A stretch of 64,000 nucleotides of DNA. Origin: an uncultured Rhodobacterales bacterium (GTDB taxonomy: Bacteria > Pseudomonadota > Alphaproteobacteria > Rhodobacterales > Rhodobacteraceae). The notes beneath the pieces are model-generated. The model had not been told where the DNA came from. It was given only the letters and a program-made list of their open reading frames with translations, and searched no databases. The position numbers were made by a program, and so were the translations under genes. The stretch spans positions 6,193 through 70,192 of the forward strand of contig CAYXOX010000003.1 of NCBI GenBank assembly GCA_964466745.1, read 5' to 3'. This document shows, one piece after another, positions 44,489 through 54,953 of this stretch; the stretch's first letter is position 1, and the number at the start of each line of letters is the position of its first letter.

Positions 44489-45505
44489 ATGACCTACACA
44501 CCCAACCGGCGCCACGCGCTGGCCATGATGGCCGGAACGACACTCGCCGTCGGCGCCTTCGGCGCCACCCGCGCCCGGGCCCAGCAGAGAACGCTGCGCC
44601 TCTCGCACCACCTCGCGCCGGGCCACGCGGTCGACGTGGCCTCGCATCGTTTCGCTGATCTCGTGGCCGAGTATTCCGGTGGCGAGATCGCGGTGGAGGT
44701 CTTCCCCTCCGCGCAGATCGCCGGTCTGCGCCAGGGCGCCGAGGCCGTCCAGATCGGCACCATCGACGTCGTCTGGACCGACATGGGCACGCTGGGCAAC
44801 TGGCGTCCGGAGTACGGCTTCATCAGCCTGCCGTTCCTTTTCGATGGCAACGCCCATTTCGACGCCTACGTCGCCGGCCCCGGCGGCGCTGCCATCGCGG
44901 ACAACCTGCGCAACACCCTCGGCATCGAGACGCTGGGCTTCGGCAACGCGGGCTTCCGCGTGGTGGCCACCCGCGACACGCCGGTGAACGGGCCCGAGGA
45001 TCTCGCCGGGGTGCGCATCCGCGTGCCCGAGGTGCCGGTCTACGTGGGCGCTTTCGAGGCGGTGGGCGCGAACCCGACGCCCCTGGCCTGGGGCGAGGTC
45101 TACACCGCACTTCAGACCGGCGTGATCGACGCGGTGGAGAACCCCTCCGAAGGCCTCGTCAGCGGTGCACTCTACGAGGTGACCAACCACCTGTCGCGCA
45201 CCAACCACATCATGACCGACGTCAACCTGTTCGCCAGCTCGGCCGTCTTCAACGGCCTCAGCGACAGCCAGCAGGAGGCGGTGAGCCGCGCCGCATCCGA
45301 AGCGGTGGGAGAGTTCAACGCCAACACCGCCGCGGCGTCCGACACCTTCTGGAATCAGCTCGCCGAAACGATGGAAGTGATCGAGACCCCCGATGTCGCG
45401 GCGTTCCAGGCGGCGATGACCCCGGTGTGGGACGACTTCACCAGCCGCACCGGCGACGCCGGCCAGGGCTGGATCGACAGCGTGCTCGCCGCCAAGCCGG
45501 CCTGA
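44489..45505 (+). CDS. dctP: TRAP transporter substrate-binding protein (DctP family)
   Basis: GGGAGGA RBS and a TAT-like signal (NRRHALAMMAGTTLAVGAF). LRLSHHLAPGH, ...IRVPEVPVY and ALQTGVIDAVENP are DctP hallmarks. The symbol is a family label only. Confidence 0.9.
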   Translation: MTYTPNRRHALAMMAGTTLAVGAFGATRARAQQRTLRLSHHLAPGHAVDVASHRFADLVAEYSGGEIAVEVFPSAQIAGLRQGAEAVQIGTIDVVWTDMGTLGNWRPEYGFISLPFLFDGNAHFDAYVAGPGGAAIADNLRNTLGIETLGFGNAGFRVVATRDTPVNGPEDLAGVRIRVPEVPVYVGAFEAVGANPTPLAWGEVYTALQTGVIDAVENPSEGLVSGALYEVTNHLSRTNHIMTDVNLFASSAVFNGLSDSQQEAVSRAASEAVGEFNANTAAASDTFWNQLAETMEVIETPDVAAFQAAMTPVWDDFTSRTGDAGQGWIDSVLAAKPA

Positions 45506-45582
45506 TGCACCCGGGCCCCGGCGGCGCACGCCGCCGGGGCCGACACCACCGCGAAGGCAAGACCCCGCCAGCGAGGCTCCCC

Positions 45583-46104
45583 ATGACGTTCCGTTCCCGG
45601 CTGCCGCATACCCTGCCCGTCGTCATCATACGCAGGGCCGCGGAGGCGCTCCTGGCCGCGATCGTGGCCAGCTATGCGGTGATCATCTGCCTGCAGGTGT
45701 TCTATCGCTACGTTCTCAACGACTCTCTCGTCTGGTCAGAAGAACTGGTGCGCTACGGGCTGCTCTGGGGCGTGATGATCGGCGCGGGTGTCTCGGCGGA
45801 CAGGGGCGCGCACGTGGCACTCGCACCGCTCGAGGGGCGCCTCGCACCGCGCGCCGAGCGCGTGGTCGCCTGGGCCGCCGGGCTGTGCATCCTGGCCTTC
45901 TGCGCCATCGTGGCGATCATGGGCGTGGAGTACATCCAGCGCCTCTGGTTCATGTCGTCCCCGGCGATGCAGCTGCCCATGCGCTACGTCTTTCTCGCCC
46001 TTCCGGTGGGCGCCGTGCTCACCGCGTTCTTCGTGCTCGTCCACCTGATCGCAGGCACGGGGCTCAAGAGGAACGATCCCCTCGGCGAGGTACCCGCAGC
46101 ATGA
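45583..46104 (+). CDS. dctQ: TRAP transporter small permease (DctQ family)
   Basis: About 173 aa with four TM segments. VFYRYVLNDSLVWSEELVRYGLLWGVMIGA is the DctQ signature. Confidence 0.85.
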   Translation: MTFRSRLPHTLPVVIIRRAAEALLAAIVASYAVIICLQVFYRYVLNDSLVWSEELVRYGLLWGVMIGAGVSADRGAHVALAPLEGRLAPRAERVVAWAAGLCILAFCAIVAIMGVEYIQRLWFMSSPAMQLPMRYVFLALPVGAVLTAFFVLVHLIAGTGLKRNDPLGEVPAA

Positions 46105-47378
46105 TGATCGGGGTTCTCTTTCTCGCCTTCGCCGTGTTCCTGGTGCTGGGCGTGCCGCTTGCCTTCGCCATGGGGCTTTCCGCCATCGTCGCGATCGTCG
46201 CCGACGGCAGCCAGTCGCTGCTGATCGTGCCGCAACGGATGGTGGCCTCGCTCGACAGCTTCGCGCTCCTGGCCGTGCCGCTCTTCATCCTGGCGGGCGA
46301 GTTGATGAACTCGGGCGGGATCACCGAACGCATCGTGGCCTTCTCCCGTGCCGCCATCGGGCACCTGCGGGGCGGGCTTGCCCAGGCGAACATCCTGACC
46401 AACATGTTCCTCGCCGCGCTCTCCGGCTCCTCGCTCGCCGATCTCTCCGCCGTCGGCTCCATGATGATCCCCGCCATGACGCGGGAGGGCTACAAGAAGT
46501 CCTACTCCGTGGCGGTGACCTCCTGCGCCGCGCTCATGGCGCCCATCATCCCGCCCAGCATCATCGCTGTGATCTACGGCTCGATGACGGGCATCTCCAT
46601 CGGCGCGATGTTCCTCGGCGGCGCACTGCCCGGCATCATGGCCGGTATCGGGATCATGGTGCTGGCCCGCGTGCTCGCCCGGAGGGGCGGCGCCGGCACG
46701 CACCCCCGCGAAAGCTGGGGCACGCTCGGCCGTGCCGGCCGCTCGGCGCTGCCGGCGATCATGGTGCCGGTCATCATCGTCGGCGGCATCCTCTCGGGCA
46801 TCTTCACGCCCACCGAGGCGGGCGCGGTAGCAGTGTTCTACGCTCTCATCTACGGGGTGGTCATGCGCCGGCACACGCCCGGCGGCGGCTACAGGCTGCT
46901 GCTTTCGGCCGGGGTGACGACCTCCAGCGCGCTCATCACGCTCGCCGGTGCCTCGCTCTTTTCCTATGTCCTGGTGTCGAGCGGTTTTGCGCAGGCGACG
47001 CTTGCGGCCTTTACCGGCCTCACCGAGAACCCGCAGGTGGCGCTCCTGCTCATCTTCCTGCTGCTCGTCATTCTCGGCATGTTCGTGGAAACCGTCTCGG
47101 CGCTGATACTCGTGGTGCCGATCCTCACCCCCATCGTGGGCTTTTACGGCTACGACGGCGTGCAGTTCGGCGTCTTCACCCTGATGGCGCTGGTGCTGGG
47201 CGGGCTGACACCGCCGGTGGGCATCCTCGCCATGGTGGCCTGCCGCATCGCCGGGATCGAGTACACCAAGACCTTCGGGATGCTGCTGCCCTTCGTTGCG
47301 TGGTGGGCGGTCGCGACGCTGATCGTGGCCTACGTGCCTTTCCTGACGGGCTGGCTGCCCTCGCTCGTGCTCGACTGA
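46101..47378 (+). CDS. dctM: TRAP transporter large permease (DctM family)
   Basis: ATGA overlap with dctQ. About 425 aa. LAVPLFILAGELMNSGGITERIV is typical of DctM. Confidence 0.92.
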   Translation: MMIGVLFLAFAVFLVLGVPLAFAMGLSAIVAIVADGSQSLLIVPQRMVASLDSFALLAVPLFILAGELMNSGGITERIVAFSRAAIGHLRGGLAQANILTNMFLAALSGSSLADLSAVGSMMIPAMTREGYKKSYSVAVTSCAALMAPIIPPSIIAVIYGSMTGISIGAMFLGGALPGIMAGIGIMVLARVLARRGGAGTHPRESWGTLGRAGRSALPAIMVPVIIVGGILSGIFTPTEAGAVAVFYALIYGVVMRRHTPGGGYRLLLSAGVTTSSALITLAGASLFSYVLVSSGFAQATLAAFTGLTENPQVALLLIFLLLVILGMFVETVSALILVVPILTPIVGFYGYDGVQFGVFTLMALVLGGLTPPVGILAMVACRIAGIEYTKTFGMLLPFVAWWAVATLIVAYVPFLTGWLPSLVLD

Positions 47379-47524
47379 CCGCCACCGGCCCGCCCCGGCC
47401 CGCCCGTCGCGGCGCGGCCCCCGATCCCCTCGGCGCATATCCGCCTGCGCCCCGGGCTGCCTCGTGGGCCCGGCGGCCCCCCAGGCGCGCGGGCGATTGC
47501 AACCGGCGCGGCAAAGACCGATAT

Positions 47525-48172
47525 ATGCGACAAATCGATGACAGGGGACCGATGGGCCGACCCGACGGAACACGAAAACGGCCTTCCCTTTCGCTGCCGA
47601 TCATCCGTACGTCGCGCGACCAGGACCAGGCCGGCACCCTCACGCTGGGCAATCTGCTCTCGGCGCTCGGCGAAACCTCGTTCGGCTGGGCGATCGTGGT
47701 CTTCTCCCTGCTCACCCTTCTGCCGCTGCCGCCCGGCTCGTCGCTGATCACGGCACTGCCGGTGCTGTTGACCACGCTCCAGATGATGCTCGGCTACCCC
47801 CATGTGAAACTGCCCGGCCCGCTGGCCCGCCTTCGGCTCGACCAGGCGAAACTGCGCCGGGCCGTGCTCAGGTTGCGCCCCGTGACGCGCCGGCTCGAGC
47901 GGGTCCTGACGCCGCGCTACCAGCGCATCTTCGGGCGCCGCGGCGAGCGGCCGCTCGGCCTTGCGCTCTTCGTGATCGCCTTCGCCCTCTTCCTTCCCGT
48001 GCCGCTCAGCGGCTGGTTCCCGGCGCTTTCGCTCTTCATCATCGGGGTCGGGTTCGTGGAGCGCGACGGGCTCGTCACCATGGCCGGGCTTGTGCTCGGG
48101 GCGGGCTCGGTGCTGCTCACCGGCGCACTGCTCACCTCGGTCGCCCTCGGTGCCGGCGCGATGATGAACTGA
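47525..48172 (+). CDS. Exopolysaccharide synthesis ExoD family membrane protein
   Basis: LTLGNLLSALGETSFGWAIVVFSLLTLLPLPPGSS...LPVLLTTLQMMLG is the ExoD family pattern. The start is uncertain (ATG 47525 or 47552). Confidence 0.8.
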   Translation: MRQIDDRGPMGRPDGTRKRPSLSLPIIRTSRDQDQAGTLTLGNLLSALGETSFGWAIVVFSLLTLLPLPPGSSLITALPVLLTTLQMMLGYPHVKLPGPLARLRLDQAKLRRAVLRLRPVTRRLERVLTPRYQRIFGRRGERPLGLALFVIAFALFLPVPLSGWFPALSLFIIGVGFVERDGLVTMAGLVLGAGSVLLTGALLTSVALGAGAMMN

Positions 48173-48217
48173 GCCCGGGAGCGCCGGGCACCCCGATCCG
48201 GGCGCGCGCCCGCTTTC

Positions 48218-49702
48218 TCAGGCCGGCTCGGCCGCGAAGGGGTCTTCCACCCGGGGCCAGACGGGGCGCGCAAGGTTGCGATACGCCGTGCGGCGCGGAT
48301 CGGAGGGATAGATCCCCGGTACTTCGCAATAGATCACCTCTGCGGCGATCGGAGCGAAGCCCGCGTGGAAATGATTGGTGGACTTCACGAGGATCGCCTG
48401 CTTTTCCCCCGGATCCACGCCGAGGTTCGTCAGGATGTCGGGCTCGTAGGTCTGGGTGCGGCTCGTGATGAGCACGATATCGGTCTCGGTGCCGAGCGGG
48501 CGCACCACGGCCGCGTTGCCGAGTGTCACGCGGCTGCCCCGGAAGCTCTGCCAGCCCGGCGCCGCGAGGCCGCGCACCTCGACCCGCAGATCGAGGGGGC
48601 GGCCGGAGGCGGCGGATGTCTTGCCACCGATCCGCAGGTCGATCCGCGCGCCCTGCCCCGCCGCATGCGCAATGGCCACGGCCATCGGATCCCAGATCGC
48701 GGCGACGGCGAGCTTCTTCAGCCCCTCCTCCATCAGCGCGCCCAGAAGAACGGTGTTGTCGCCCGCCGCGCCGCCGCCGGGATTGTCCCACATGTCGGCG
48801 ATGACGAGGGGCCGGGCAGCCCCGGCGCGGGCCGCAGCCACCGCGGACGCGACCGCCTCCTTCACCCCGCAGGTCTCCATCTTCACGCGGCCGCGCATCG
48901 ACCACACCTCCTGCCCCAACCGCTCGGCCAGCGCGCGCCCGGCTTCAGGCGCACCGTCGCTGACCACCAGCACGCGCGTGCCGAGATCGGGCACGTCGCC
49001 GGCCATGAAGCCATGGATGAGCGAGACCGACAGGATCCCGTCCCTTCCCTCCAGCGCCTTGATCCGGTCGACGAAGCTGCGCATGGGCTCGCGCGACGTG
49101 GGAAAGACGTCGATCATCCGGCAGTCGAACGTGGAGATCACCGGGCGGATGCGGCCCCGCACGGCCGCGAGCGCGAGATCCACCACATGCTCGGCGCGCG
49201 CCTCGAAATCGGTGTGGGGAAACTCGAGGAAGGCGGCGAGTATGTCGGACGCCTCCACGCGGGCCTCCGTCAGATGGCTGTGGGGGTCGATCTCCGCGGC
49301 GACCACCACCTCCGGCCCCACGATCGCGCGCACCCGGGCAAGCAGATCGCCCTCGCAATCAAGCGTTTCCTGCGCGACCATCGCACCGTGCAGCCCGAGG
49401 ATCACGGCATCGACGGGCAGCGCAGCGCGCAGCTGGTCAAGAATGTCGTCGCGGATCGCCTCGTACACGTCCTGGCGCAGCACACCACCGGGCTCGGCCC
49501 AGCACGCGGTGCCCTCGATGACAGTGAGGCCCTCCGCGGCCGCGCGCGCCCGCAGCGCCGGGATCACGGCCGAGCAGAGCGACGGCGTTTCAGGATGGGC
49601 GCCGGGGGGCGCATAGAAGGCGGCCTCGAAGGAGGCCCGGTCGGTCGGCAACGGGGAGAAGGTGTTCGTTTCGGTCGCGAAGCTCGCCGTGAAGATGCGC
49701 AT
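48218..49702 (-). CDS. M81 family metallopeptidase (MlrC/microcystinase C-like, DUF1485 + MlrC_C)
   Basis: MRIFTASFATETNTFSP N-terminus, GLHGAMVA, and DPHSH/EFPHTD metal-site-like motifs. 494 aa. Confidence 0.85.
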   Translation of the reverse strand: MRIFTASFATETNTFSPLPTDRASFEAAFYAPPGAHPETPSLCSAVIPALRARAAAEGLTVIEGTACWAEPGGVLRQDVYEAIRDDILDQLRAALPVDAVILGLHGAMVAQETLDCEGDLLARVRAIVGPEVVVAAEIDPHSHLTEARVEASDILAAFLEFPHTDFEARAEHVVDLALAAVRGRIRPVISTFDCRMIDVFPTSREPMRSFVDRIKALEGRDGILSVSLIHGFMAGDVPDLGTRVLVVSDGAPEAGRALAERLGQEVWSMRGRVKMETCGVKEAVASAVAAARAGAARPLVIADMWDNPGGGAAGDNTVLLGALMEEGLKKLAVAAIWDPMAVAIAHAAGQGARIDLRIGGKTSAASGRPLDLRVEVRGLAAPGWQSFRGSRVTLGNAAVVRPLGTETDIVLITSRTQTYEPDILTNLGVDPGEKQAILVKSTNHFHAGFAPIAAEVIYCEVPGIYPSDPRRTAYRNLARPVWPRVEDPFAAEPA

Positions 49703-49885
49703 GGGCCGTCAGCCCTCCCTGCCGTTGCGGCCAAGTGCAGGACCGTGCATTCGCCCATGCTCCCGCTCCGGCACCGCCGCCGCACAAACCGCCTGAACGC
49801 TCATGCCACTCTCCTCCTGCTTTCGCTCAATGCCGTTCGCACGGCCCGCGCCCGCGGCGCCCGCGCCGCCGGCACGGCTGCGCCG

Positions 49886-50722
49886 TCATTTCACGGCGCC
49901 GACGCCGAGTCCGCGCACGAGATACCGCTGCAGCCACGAAAAGACGATCGCCACCGGCACCGTGGCCACCAGCGCCGCCGCCATGACGTGATGCCACTCG
50001 ACGGTATACCGCCCGGCCACGAGCGAGAAGATGCGGATCGGCAAGGTGTGGCTCTCCTCGCTGCGCAGCACCGTGAGCGCGATGACGAACTCGTTCCACG
50101 AATTGATGAAGCCGAAGATCGCCGTGACCGTGATCGCCGGCAGGGCCAGCGGGAGGAAGACCTGCGCCACCGCACGGATGCGCGAGGCGCCCTCCATCCA
50201 GGCGGCCTCCTCCAGCTCGCGCGGGATCGTCGCGAAATAGCTCTGCAGCATCCAGACCGTGAAGGCGATGTTGAAGGCGCCGTAGATCACCACCAGGCTC
50301 CAGGTGGTGTCGATCAGCCCGAGCCAGACGATGAGCCGGAAGAGCCCGATCACCAGCACGATGGGCGAGAGCATCTGCGTGACGAGCAGGAACTGCCGCA
50401 GAGCCCCTTCCCCTGTGAAGCGGAACCTGTCGAGCGCATAGGCAAACGGGATCGAGACCGCCAGCGCGATGCCCGTGGACACGAAAGCCACCTTCAGCGA
50501 ATTGAACAGCGCCTCGCCGAAACCGGTGACGGCCCACATGTCGCGGAAATTGGCGAGGGTCGGCTCGTCGGGCCACCAGCTCGGACGGAGCACCTCGGAG
50601 GCGGGCTTGAGCGCGGTGATGAACATCACCGCGTAGGGGAAGAGCGCCAGCACGATCAGCGGCGAAAGAACCGCCCAAGAGATCAGGGTGCGGCGGGCCC
50701 GGCGGGAGAGGCGCATGCTCAT
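49886..50722 (-). CDS. Carbohydrate (CUT1) ABC transporter permease, MalG/UgpE-like
   Basis: EAA loop [33 protein letters not shown] 50722 overlaps the upstream stop (ATGA). Six TM segments. Confidence 0.9.
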   Translation of the reverse strand: MSMRLSRRARRTLISWAVLSPLIVLALFPYAVMFITALKPASEVLRPSWWPDEPTLANFRDMWAVTGFGEALFNSLKVAFVSTGIALAVSIPFAYALDRFRFTGEGALRQFLLVTQMLSPIVLVIGLFRLIVWLGLIDTTWSLVVIYGAFNIAFTVWMLQSYFATIPRELEEAAWMEGASRIRAVAQVFLPLALPAITVTAIFGFINSWNEFVIALTVLRSEESHTLPIRIFSLVAGRYTVEWHHVMAAALVATVPVAIVFSWLQRYLVRGLGVGAVK

Positions 50723-51594
50723 GCCTTCTCCTTCCGCATGGCGACCGCGATATACACGATGGTGAGCACCAGCAGCAGCGCGAACATCAGCAGCGAGAGT
50801 GCCGCCGCCTCGCCCAGCTTGCCCAGCCGGAAGCCGAGCTTGTAGAGATAGGTCACCAGGATATCGGTGGAATTCGCCGGCCCGCCCTGCGTTGTCGCCC
50901 AGATGATGGGAAAGGAATTGAACACGTAGATGGTGTTGAGCACCACGGCGATGTTCACGAAGGGCTTCATCAGCGGCCAGGTCAGTTCGCGGAAGTTGTC
51001 CCAGGCCGAGGCCCCCTCGAGCCGTGCGGCCTCGTAGAGATCGTCGGGGATCGAGGAAAGCCCGCCCAGAAAGATCGTGACCGTGAACGGCACGGACACG
51101 AGGATGCCGATCAGGATCTGGACGGGGAAGGCGGTGGCGGCCTGCGCCAGCCACTGCACGTTGGTATCGATCACGCCGATGCCGATGAGCGCGGAGTTGA
51201 GCATCCCGCTTTCGCCGCTGAGCGCCCAGCGCCAGACGATGGCCATCATCGTGAGCGACATCGCCCAGGGCAGCATGATGATCACCCGCGCAAGACCGCG
51301 GCCCGCGAAATCCTCGTTGAGCGTGAGGGCGACGGGAAAGGCAACGAGAACGGTGCCGCCGACGATTCCCACCGTCCAGATCACTGTGCGCCAGAGCGAG
51401 CGCAGGAACTCGGGGTCGGTGAAGACGCTCACGTAGTTGTCGAACCCGACGATGCCGCGGGTCTGCCCGAAGCGGTTGACCTCGCTCAGCGACAGCACCG
51501 AGAGCTGCCAGAGGGGCATGAGCACGATGAGCGCCGCCAGCATGAGGCCCGGCAGGACCAGGACATAGGGCATGATCGCGGCGGTCTGGCGCAT
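50719..51594 (-). CDS. Carbohydrate (CUT1) ABC transporter permease, MalF/UgpA-like
   Basis: EAA loop [30 protein letters not shown]. 291 aa, polytopic. Confidence 0.9.
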   Translation of the reverse strand: MRQTAAIMPYVLVLPGLMLAALIVLMPLWQLSVLSLSEVNRFGQTRGIVGFDNYVSVFTDPEFLRSLWRTVIWTVGIVGGTVLVAFPVALTLNEDFAGRGLARVIIMLPWAMSLTMMAIVWRWALSGESGMLNSALIGIGVIDTNVQWLAQAATAFPVQILIGILVSVPFTVTIFLGGLSSIPDDLYEAARLEGASAWDNFRELTWPLMKPFVNIAVVLNTIYVFNSFPIIWATTQGGPANSTDILVTYLYKLGFRLGKLGEAAALSLLMFALLLVLTIVYIAVAMRKEKA

Positions 51595-51739
51595 GTGCGG
51601 ATCCGGCTAGGGTGCTGCGGTCGGCGGCTGGTTGGCGCGCGGCCGCGGTGCGGTGCTAGGGAGGGAGCGGTGCGTCTGGTGCGGTGCGGGCGACCTCCTC
51701 GCAGGTGGCCGCCCGCAGCCTCGTTCGGTATCGCGCGCG

Positions 51740-52969
51740 TCAGTTGGCGCCGAGCACGGCGTTGATGTCCGCCGCCGCGGCGTTCAGCGTTTCCTCGATG
51801 TCGGCATCACCGAGGTAGATCGTCTGGAGCGCGGTGGAGGTGCGCTCGGCGATCTCTTCCCAGCCGGCGATCACGGGCGCGAAACGCGCCTCGGGCAGCA
51901 GCGCCGCGAATTCGGCGAGCACCGGGTCGTCGGCGAACTCGGGCATCTCGGCCACCGCCGTCTGCACCGGCAGGAAGCCCTCGCCACCGGTGAAGCGCGC
52001 GCGCCACTCGGTGGTGAAGATGAAGTCGAGAAACTCCCAGGCGGTATCCTTCACCCGGCTGTTCTCGAACATGATGATCGAGTCGGTCACCCCGTAGGTG
52101 CCGCGGTCGCCATCGGGCCCGGCGGGAATCGCCGCCACGCCGAAGCCGAGGTCAGGCACCTCGTTGCGGATCTGCGAGGCCAGGAACGGCGCGGTAATCA
52201 TCATGCCCACGCGGCCTTCCTTGAAGAGGTTCTGCACATCCTCGCGGGTCATCGAGGTCACGCCGTCCTGCGTCACGCCGGATTCCAGCATCTCGCGGTA
52301 GAGGGCGGCCGCCTGGTATCCTGCGGGCGTGTCGAGTCCGGAGGTGCCATCGGCCTCCACCAGCTCGCCGCCATAGGCCCAGAACGCGTAGTAGAAGTAG
52401 ACATCCGTCTCGATCTGGGCGCCCTGCATGCCGAAGCCGGCGATGTCGTCGCCCAGCGCGTCGATCGCTGCGGCGGCTTCCTTCAGCTCCTCCCAGGTGT
52501 CGGGCGGGCCGTCGAGGCCGGCCTGCTCGAGAAGCTCGGTGTTGTAGAACATCGCCCGCGCGGAGGCGGCGATGGGCAGGCCGTAGGTCTGGCCGTCGAA
52601 TACCGAGGGGGTCAGGAAAACGTCGATGAAACGATCGCTGAACTCCTCGGACATGTATCCGTCAAGCGGCGCGGCTATGCCTTCCGCGACGAAATCCACC
52701 AGCCAGCGCGTGCCGATGATGGAAAGATCGGCGTTGGCCCCTGCCGAGATGTCGGTGGTGAGCTTCTGCAGCATCACGTCCCACGGCACGACCTCGATCT
52801 GGATGTCGTGATCGGGGTTGGCCGCCTCGAAGGCGGCCGCGGCCTCCTCGAAATAGGGCCCCGTGAGCGAGGAGTACTCTGCGACCGTGACGCGCACCGT
52901 ATCGGCCGTGGCCGACGCTGCCGCGAGCGCAAGCGCCGCAGACCCAAGGCCAAGCTTGTAGACGTTCAT
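51740..52969 (-). CDS. Extracellular solute-binding protein family 1 (CUT1 sugar ABC)
   Basis: Signal peptide MNVYKLGLGSAALALAAASATA. 409 aa. It is the first gene of the minus-strand operon with the two CUT1 permeases. Confidence 0.88.
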   Translation of the reverse strand: MNVYKLGLGSAALALAAASATADTVRVTVAEYSSLTGPYFEEAAAAFEAANPDHDIQIEVVPWDVMLQKLTTDISAGANADLSIIGTRWLVDFVAEGIAAPLDGYMSEEFSDRFIDVFLTPSVFDGQTYGLPIAASARAMFYNTELLEQAGLDGPPDTWEELKEAAAAIDALGDDIAGFGMQGAQIETDVYFYYAFWAYGGELVEADGTSGLDTPAGYQAAALYREMLESGVTQDGVTSMTREDVQNLFKEGRVGMMITAPFLASQIRNEVPDLGFGVAAIPAGPDGDRGTYGVTDSIIMFENSRVKDTAWEFLDFIFTTEWRARFTGGEGFLPVQTAVAEMPEFADDPVLAEFAALLPEARFAPVIAGWEEIAERTSTALQTIYLGDADIEETLNAAAADINAVLGAN

Positions 52970-53040
52970 GAATTACCTCCGCTATTGCCGGTCCGGCTGC
53001 GCCGGACACGCATCGTTCCCCCGGTTTGCCGGGGTACGCA

Positions 53041-53056
53041 TGTAAGTCTAGTTACA
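53041..53056. promoter_or_regulatory. Palindrome TGTAA-N6-TTACA in an AT-rich divergent promoter region (candidate RpiR operator)
   Basis: TGTAAGTCTAGTTACA read directly. A further TTACAT half-site lies at 53102-53107. It is located between the divergent SBP and SDR-ATPase-RpiR operons. Confidence 0.3.
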
Positions 53057-53120
53057 CAGATCCACAGCTGTCCAGATATTTTCGATTTTTACGTTGCAGA
53101 ATTACATGCGGCGGGACATC

Positions 53121-53900
53121 ATGGAACGGCAGTCATCAAGCGAGGAAAAGATGATTTCGATGGAAGGAAAACGCGTGGTCGTCACCGGCGCCGGCGGCGG
53201 CGTTGGCGAGGCCCTCGTGAAATGCTTCGCCGAAGCGGGCGCGAGCGTCGTGGGCTGCGATCTCGACGGCGTGGATCTCTCTGCGCTTCCGGTCGCCGAA
53301 ACCCACCGCTTCGATCTGTCGGACCGCGCGGCGACGCTCGCCGCGGCCGAAGCGATCCTGGCCGGCGGCGCGCCCGACGCCGTGATCTCCAATGCCGGGC
53401 TGACCCATGCCGAGACGCTGGACATGACCGGCCCCGACGAGATCGAGGGCGAGATGGCCCTCAACTACACCGGCGCGGCACTGCTCACCCGCAGGCTGTT
53501 GCCGGCCATGGCCCCGGGCAGCGCCTTCGTGTTCATCGCCTCGGTCAACGGCATCGCCCATTTCGGCAACCCGGCCTACAGTGCCGCGAAGGCCGCGCTG
53601 ATCGCCTGGAGCCGGGCGCTGGCGACCGAGGCCGGCGCACGCGGCATCCGCTCGAACGCGGTGGCCCCCGGATCGATCAGGACACCGGGGTGGGATCACC
53701 GTGTCGCCCGCGACCCCGACCTGATGGACAGGGTGAGCGCGCTCTATCCCATGGCGCGGGTGGTGACTCCGCAGGAGGTCGCCAACGCAGTGCTCTTCCT
53801 CGCTTCGCCCATGGCCGGCGGCATCACGGGCGTGACCCTGCCGGTGGACGCCGGGCTGATGGGGGGCAACATGCCCTTCATCCGTCTCATCGAGGGCTGA
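53121..53900 (+). CDS. SDR family oxidoreductase
   Basis: RVVVTGAGGGVGEALV, SNAG, PAYSAAKAA (YxxxK) and ITGVTLPVDAG. The start is ambiguous (TTG 53094; ATG 53106, 53121, 53151, 53160). Confidence 0.85.
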   Translation: MERQSSSEEKMISMEGKRVVVTGAGGGVGEALVKCFAEAGASVVGCDLDGVDLSALPVAETHRFDLSDRAATLAAAEAILAGGAPDAVISNAGLTHAETLDMTGPDEIEGEMALNYTGAALLTRRLLPAMAPGSAFVFIASVNGIAHFGNPAYSAAKAALIAWSRALATEAGARGIRSNAVAPGSIRTPGWDHRVARDPDLMDRVSALYPMARVVTPQEVANAVLFLASPMAGGITGVTLPVDAGLMGGNMPFIRLIEG

Positions 53901-53903
53901 ACG

Positions 53904-54953
53904 GTGACGGCGCTTTCGCTTCGAGGGATCGGGAAGCGCTTCGGAGCCCACTGGGTGATCGAGGGCCTCGATCTCGAGATCGAGGAGGGGGAGTTCGTGG
54001 TGCTCGTCGGTCCCTCCGGCTGCGGCAAGTCCACGCTGTTGCGCATGATCGCGGGGCTGGAGGATGTCAGCGCGGGCGAGCTGCGCATCGGCGAAAGGCT
54101 CGCGAACGACATCCCTCCCCAGCGCCGCAACATCTCCATGGTGTTCCAGTCCTATGCGCTCTTCCCGCACATGTCCGTGCGCGAAAACATCCGCTTCGGC
54201 CCGCGGATTCGCCGCGAGGATCCCGCCGAGGCGGAGCGCCGGCTCGCCATCGCGGCCGAAACGCTGAACCTCGCCGACTATCTCGACCGCAAGCCGGCGG
54301 CCCTCTCGGGCGGCCAGCGCCAGCGCGTGGCCATGGGCCGCGCCATCGTGCGCGACCCGGACGTCTTTCTCTTCGACGAGCCGCTCTCGAACCTCGATGC
54401 CAAGCTGCGGGTCCAGATGCGGACGGAAATCAAGGCGCTGCACCAGAAACTCCGTTCCACCATCGTCTACGTCACCCACGACCAGATCGAGGCCATGACC
54501 ATGGCCGACCGGATCGTGGTGATGGAAGGGGGGCGCATCGCCCAGGTCGGCCGCCCGCTGGAGATCTACGACAGGCCCGCCAACCTCTTCGTCGCCGGGT
54601 TCATCGGCTCGCCGTCCATGACGCTCCTGCCGGCCGAAACGCGCGAGGGCGGCGTCGCGCTCGCCGATGGCACCCTGCTGGCCGCCGGGGCTCCCGCCGG
54701 CGCGGGCCGGCGGGTAATTGCGGGCATCCGGCCCGAGATGTTTGCCCCCGATCCCGGGGGGCCTGTCGCACTGGCGGTGGAGGTGGTGGAGCCGACGGGC
54801 CCGGAAACCCATGTCTTTGGGAAGATCGCCGGCACCGATGTGCGCGTCGTGCTGCGCACGCGGGTCATCCCGGACCCCGGGGAGACGGTCAGCCTCTCCG
54901 TTCCCGAGAGCGAGATCACGCTCTTCGATCCCGACAGCGGCGTGCGCCTGTGA
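53904..54953 (+). CDS. Sugar ABC transporter ATP-binding protein (MalK/UgpC-like)
   Basis: GTG 53904 start. [36 protein letters not shown] and a C-terminal TOBE-like regulatory domain. Confidence 0.93.
   Translation: MTALSLRGIGKRFGAHWVIEGLDLEIEEGEFVVLVGPSGCGKSTLLRMIAGLEDVSAGELRIGERLANDIPPQRRNISMVFQSYALFPHMSVRENIRFGPRIRREDPAEAERRLAIAAETLNLADYLDRKPAALSGGQRQRVAMGRAIVRDPDVFLFDEPLSNLDAKLRVQMRTEIKALHQKLRSTIVYVTHDQIEAMTMADRIVVMEGGRIAQVGRPLEIYDRPANLFVAGFIGSPSMTLLPAETREGGVALADGTLLAAGAPAGAGRRVIAGIRPEMFAPDPGGPVALAVEVVEPTGPETHVFGKIAGTDVRVVLRTRVIPDPGETVSLSVPESEITLFDPDSGVRL

Noticed and set aside
51632-54949. First ~1100 codons of the 1422-aa plus-strand ORF 51632..55900
   Set aside because: This part runs antisense to the CUT1 binding-protein gene and out of frame through the SDR and ATPase genes. 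Only the last ~317 codons (from GTG 54950) give a coherent RpiR HTH + SIS protein.
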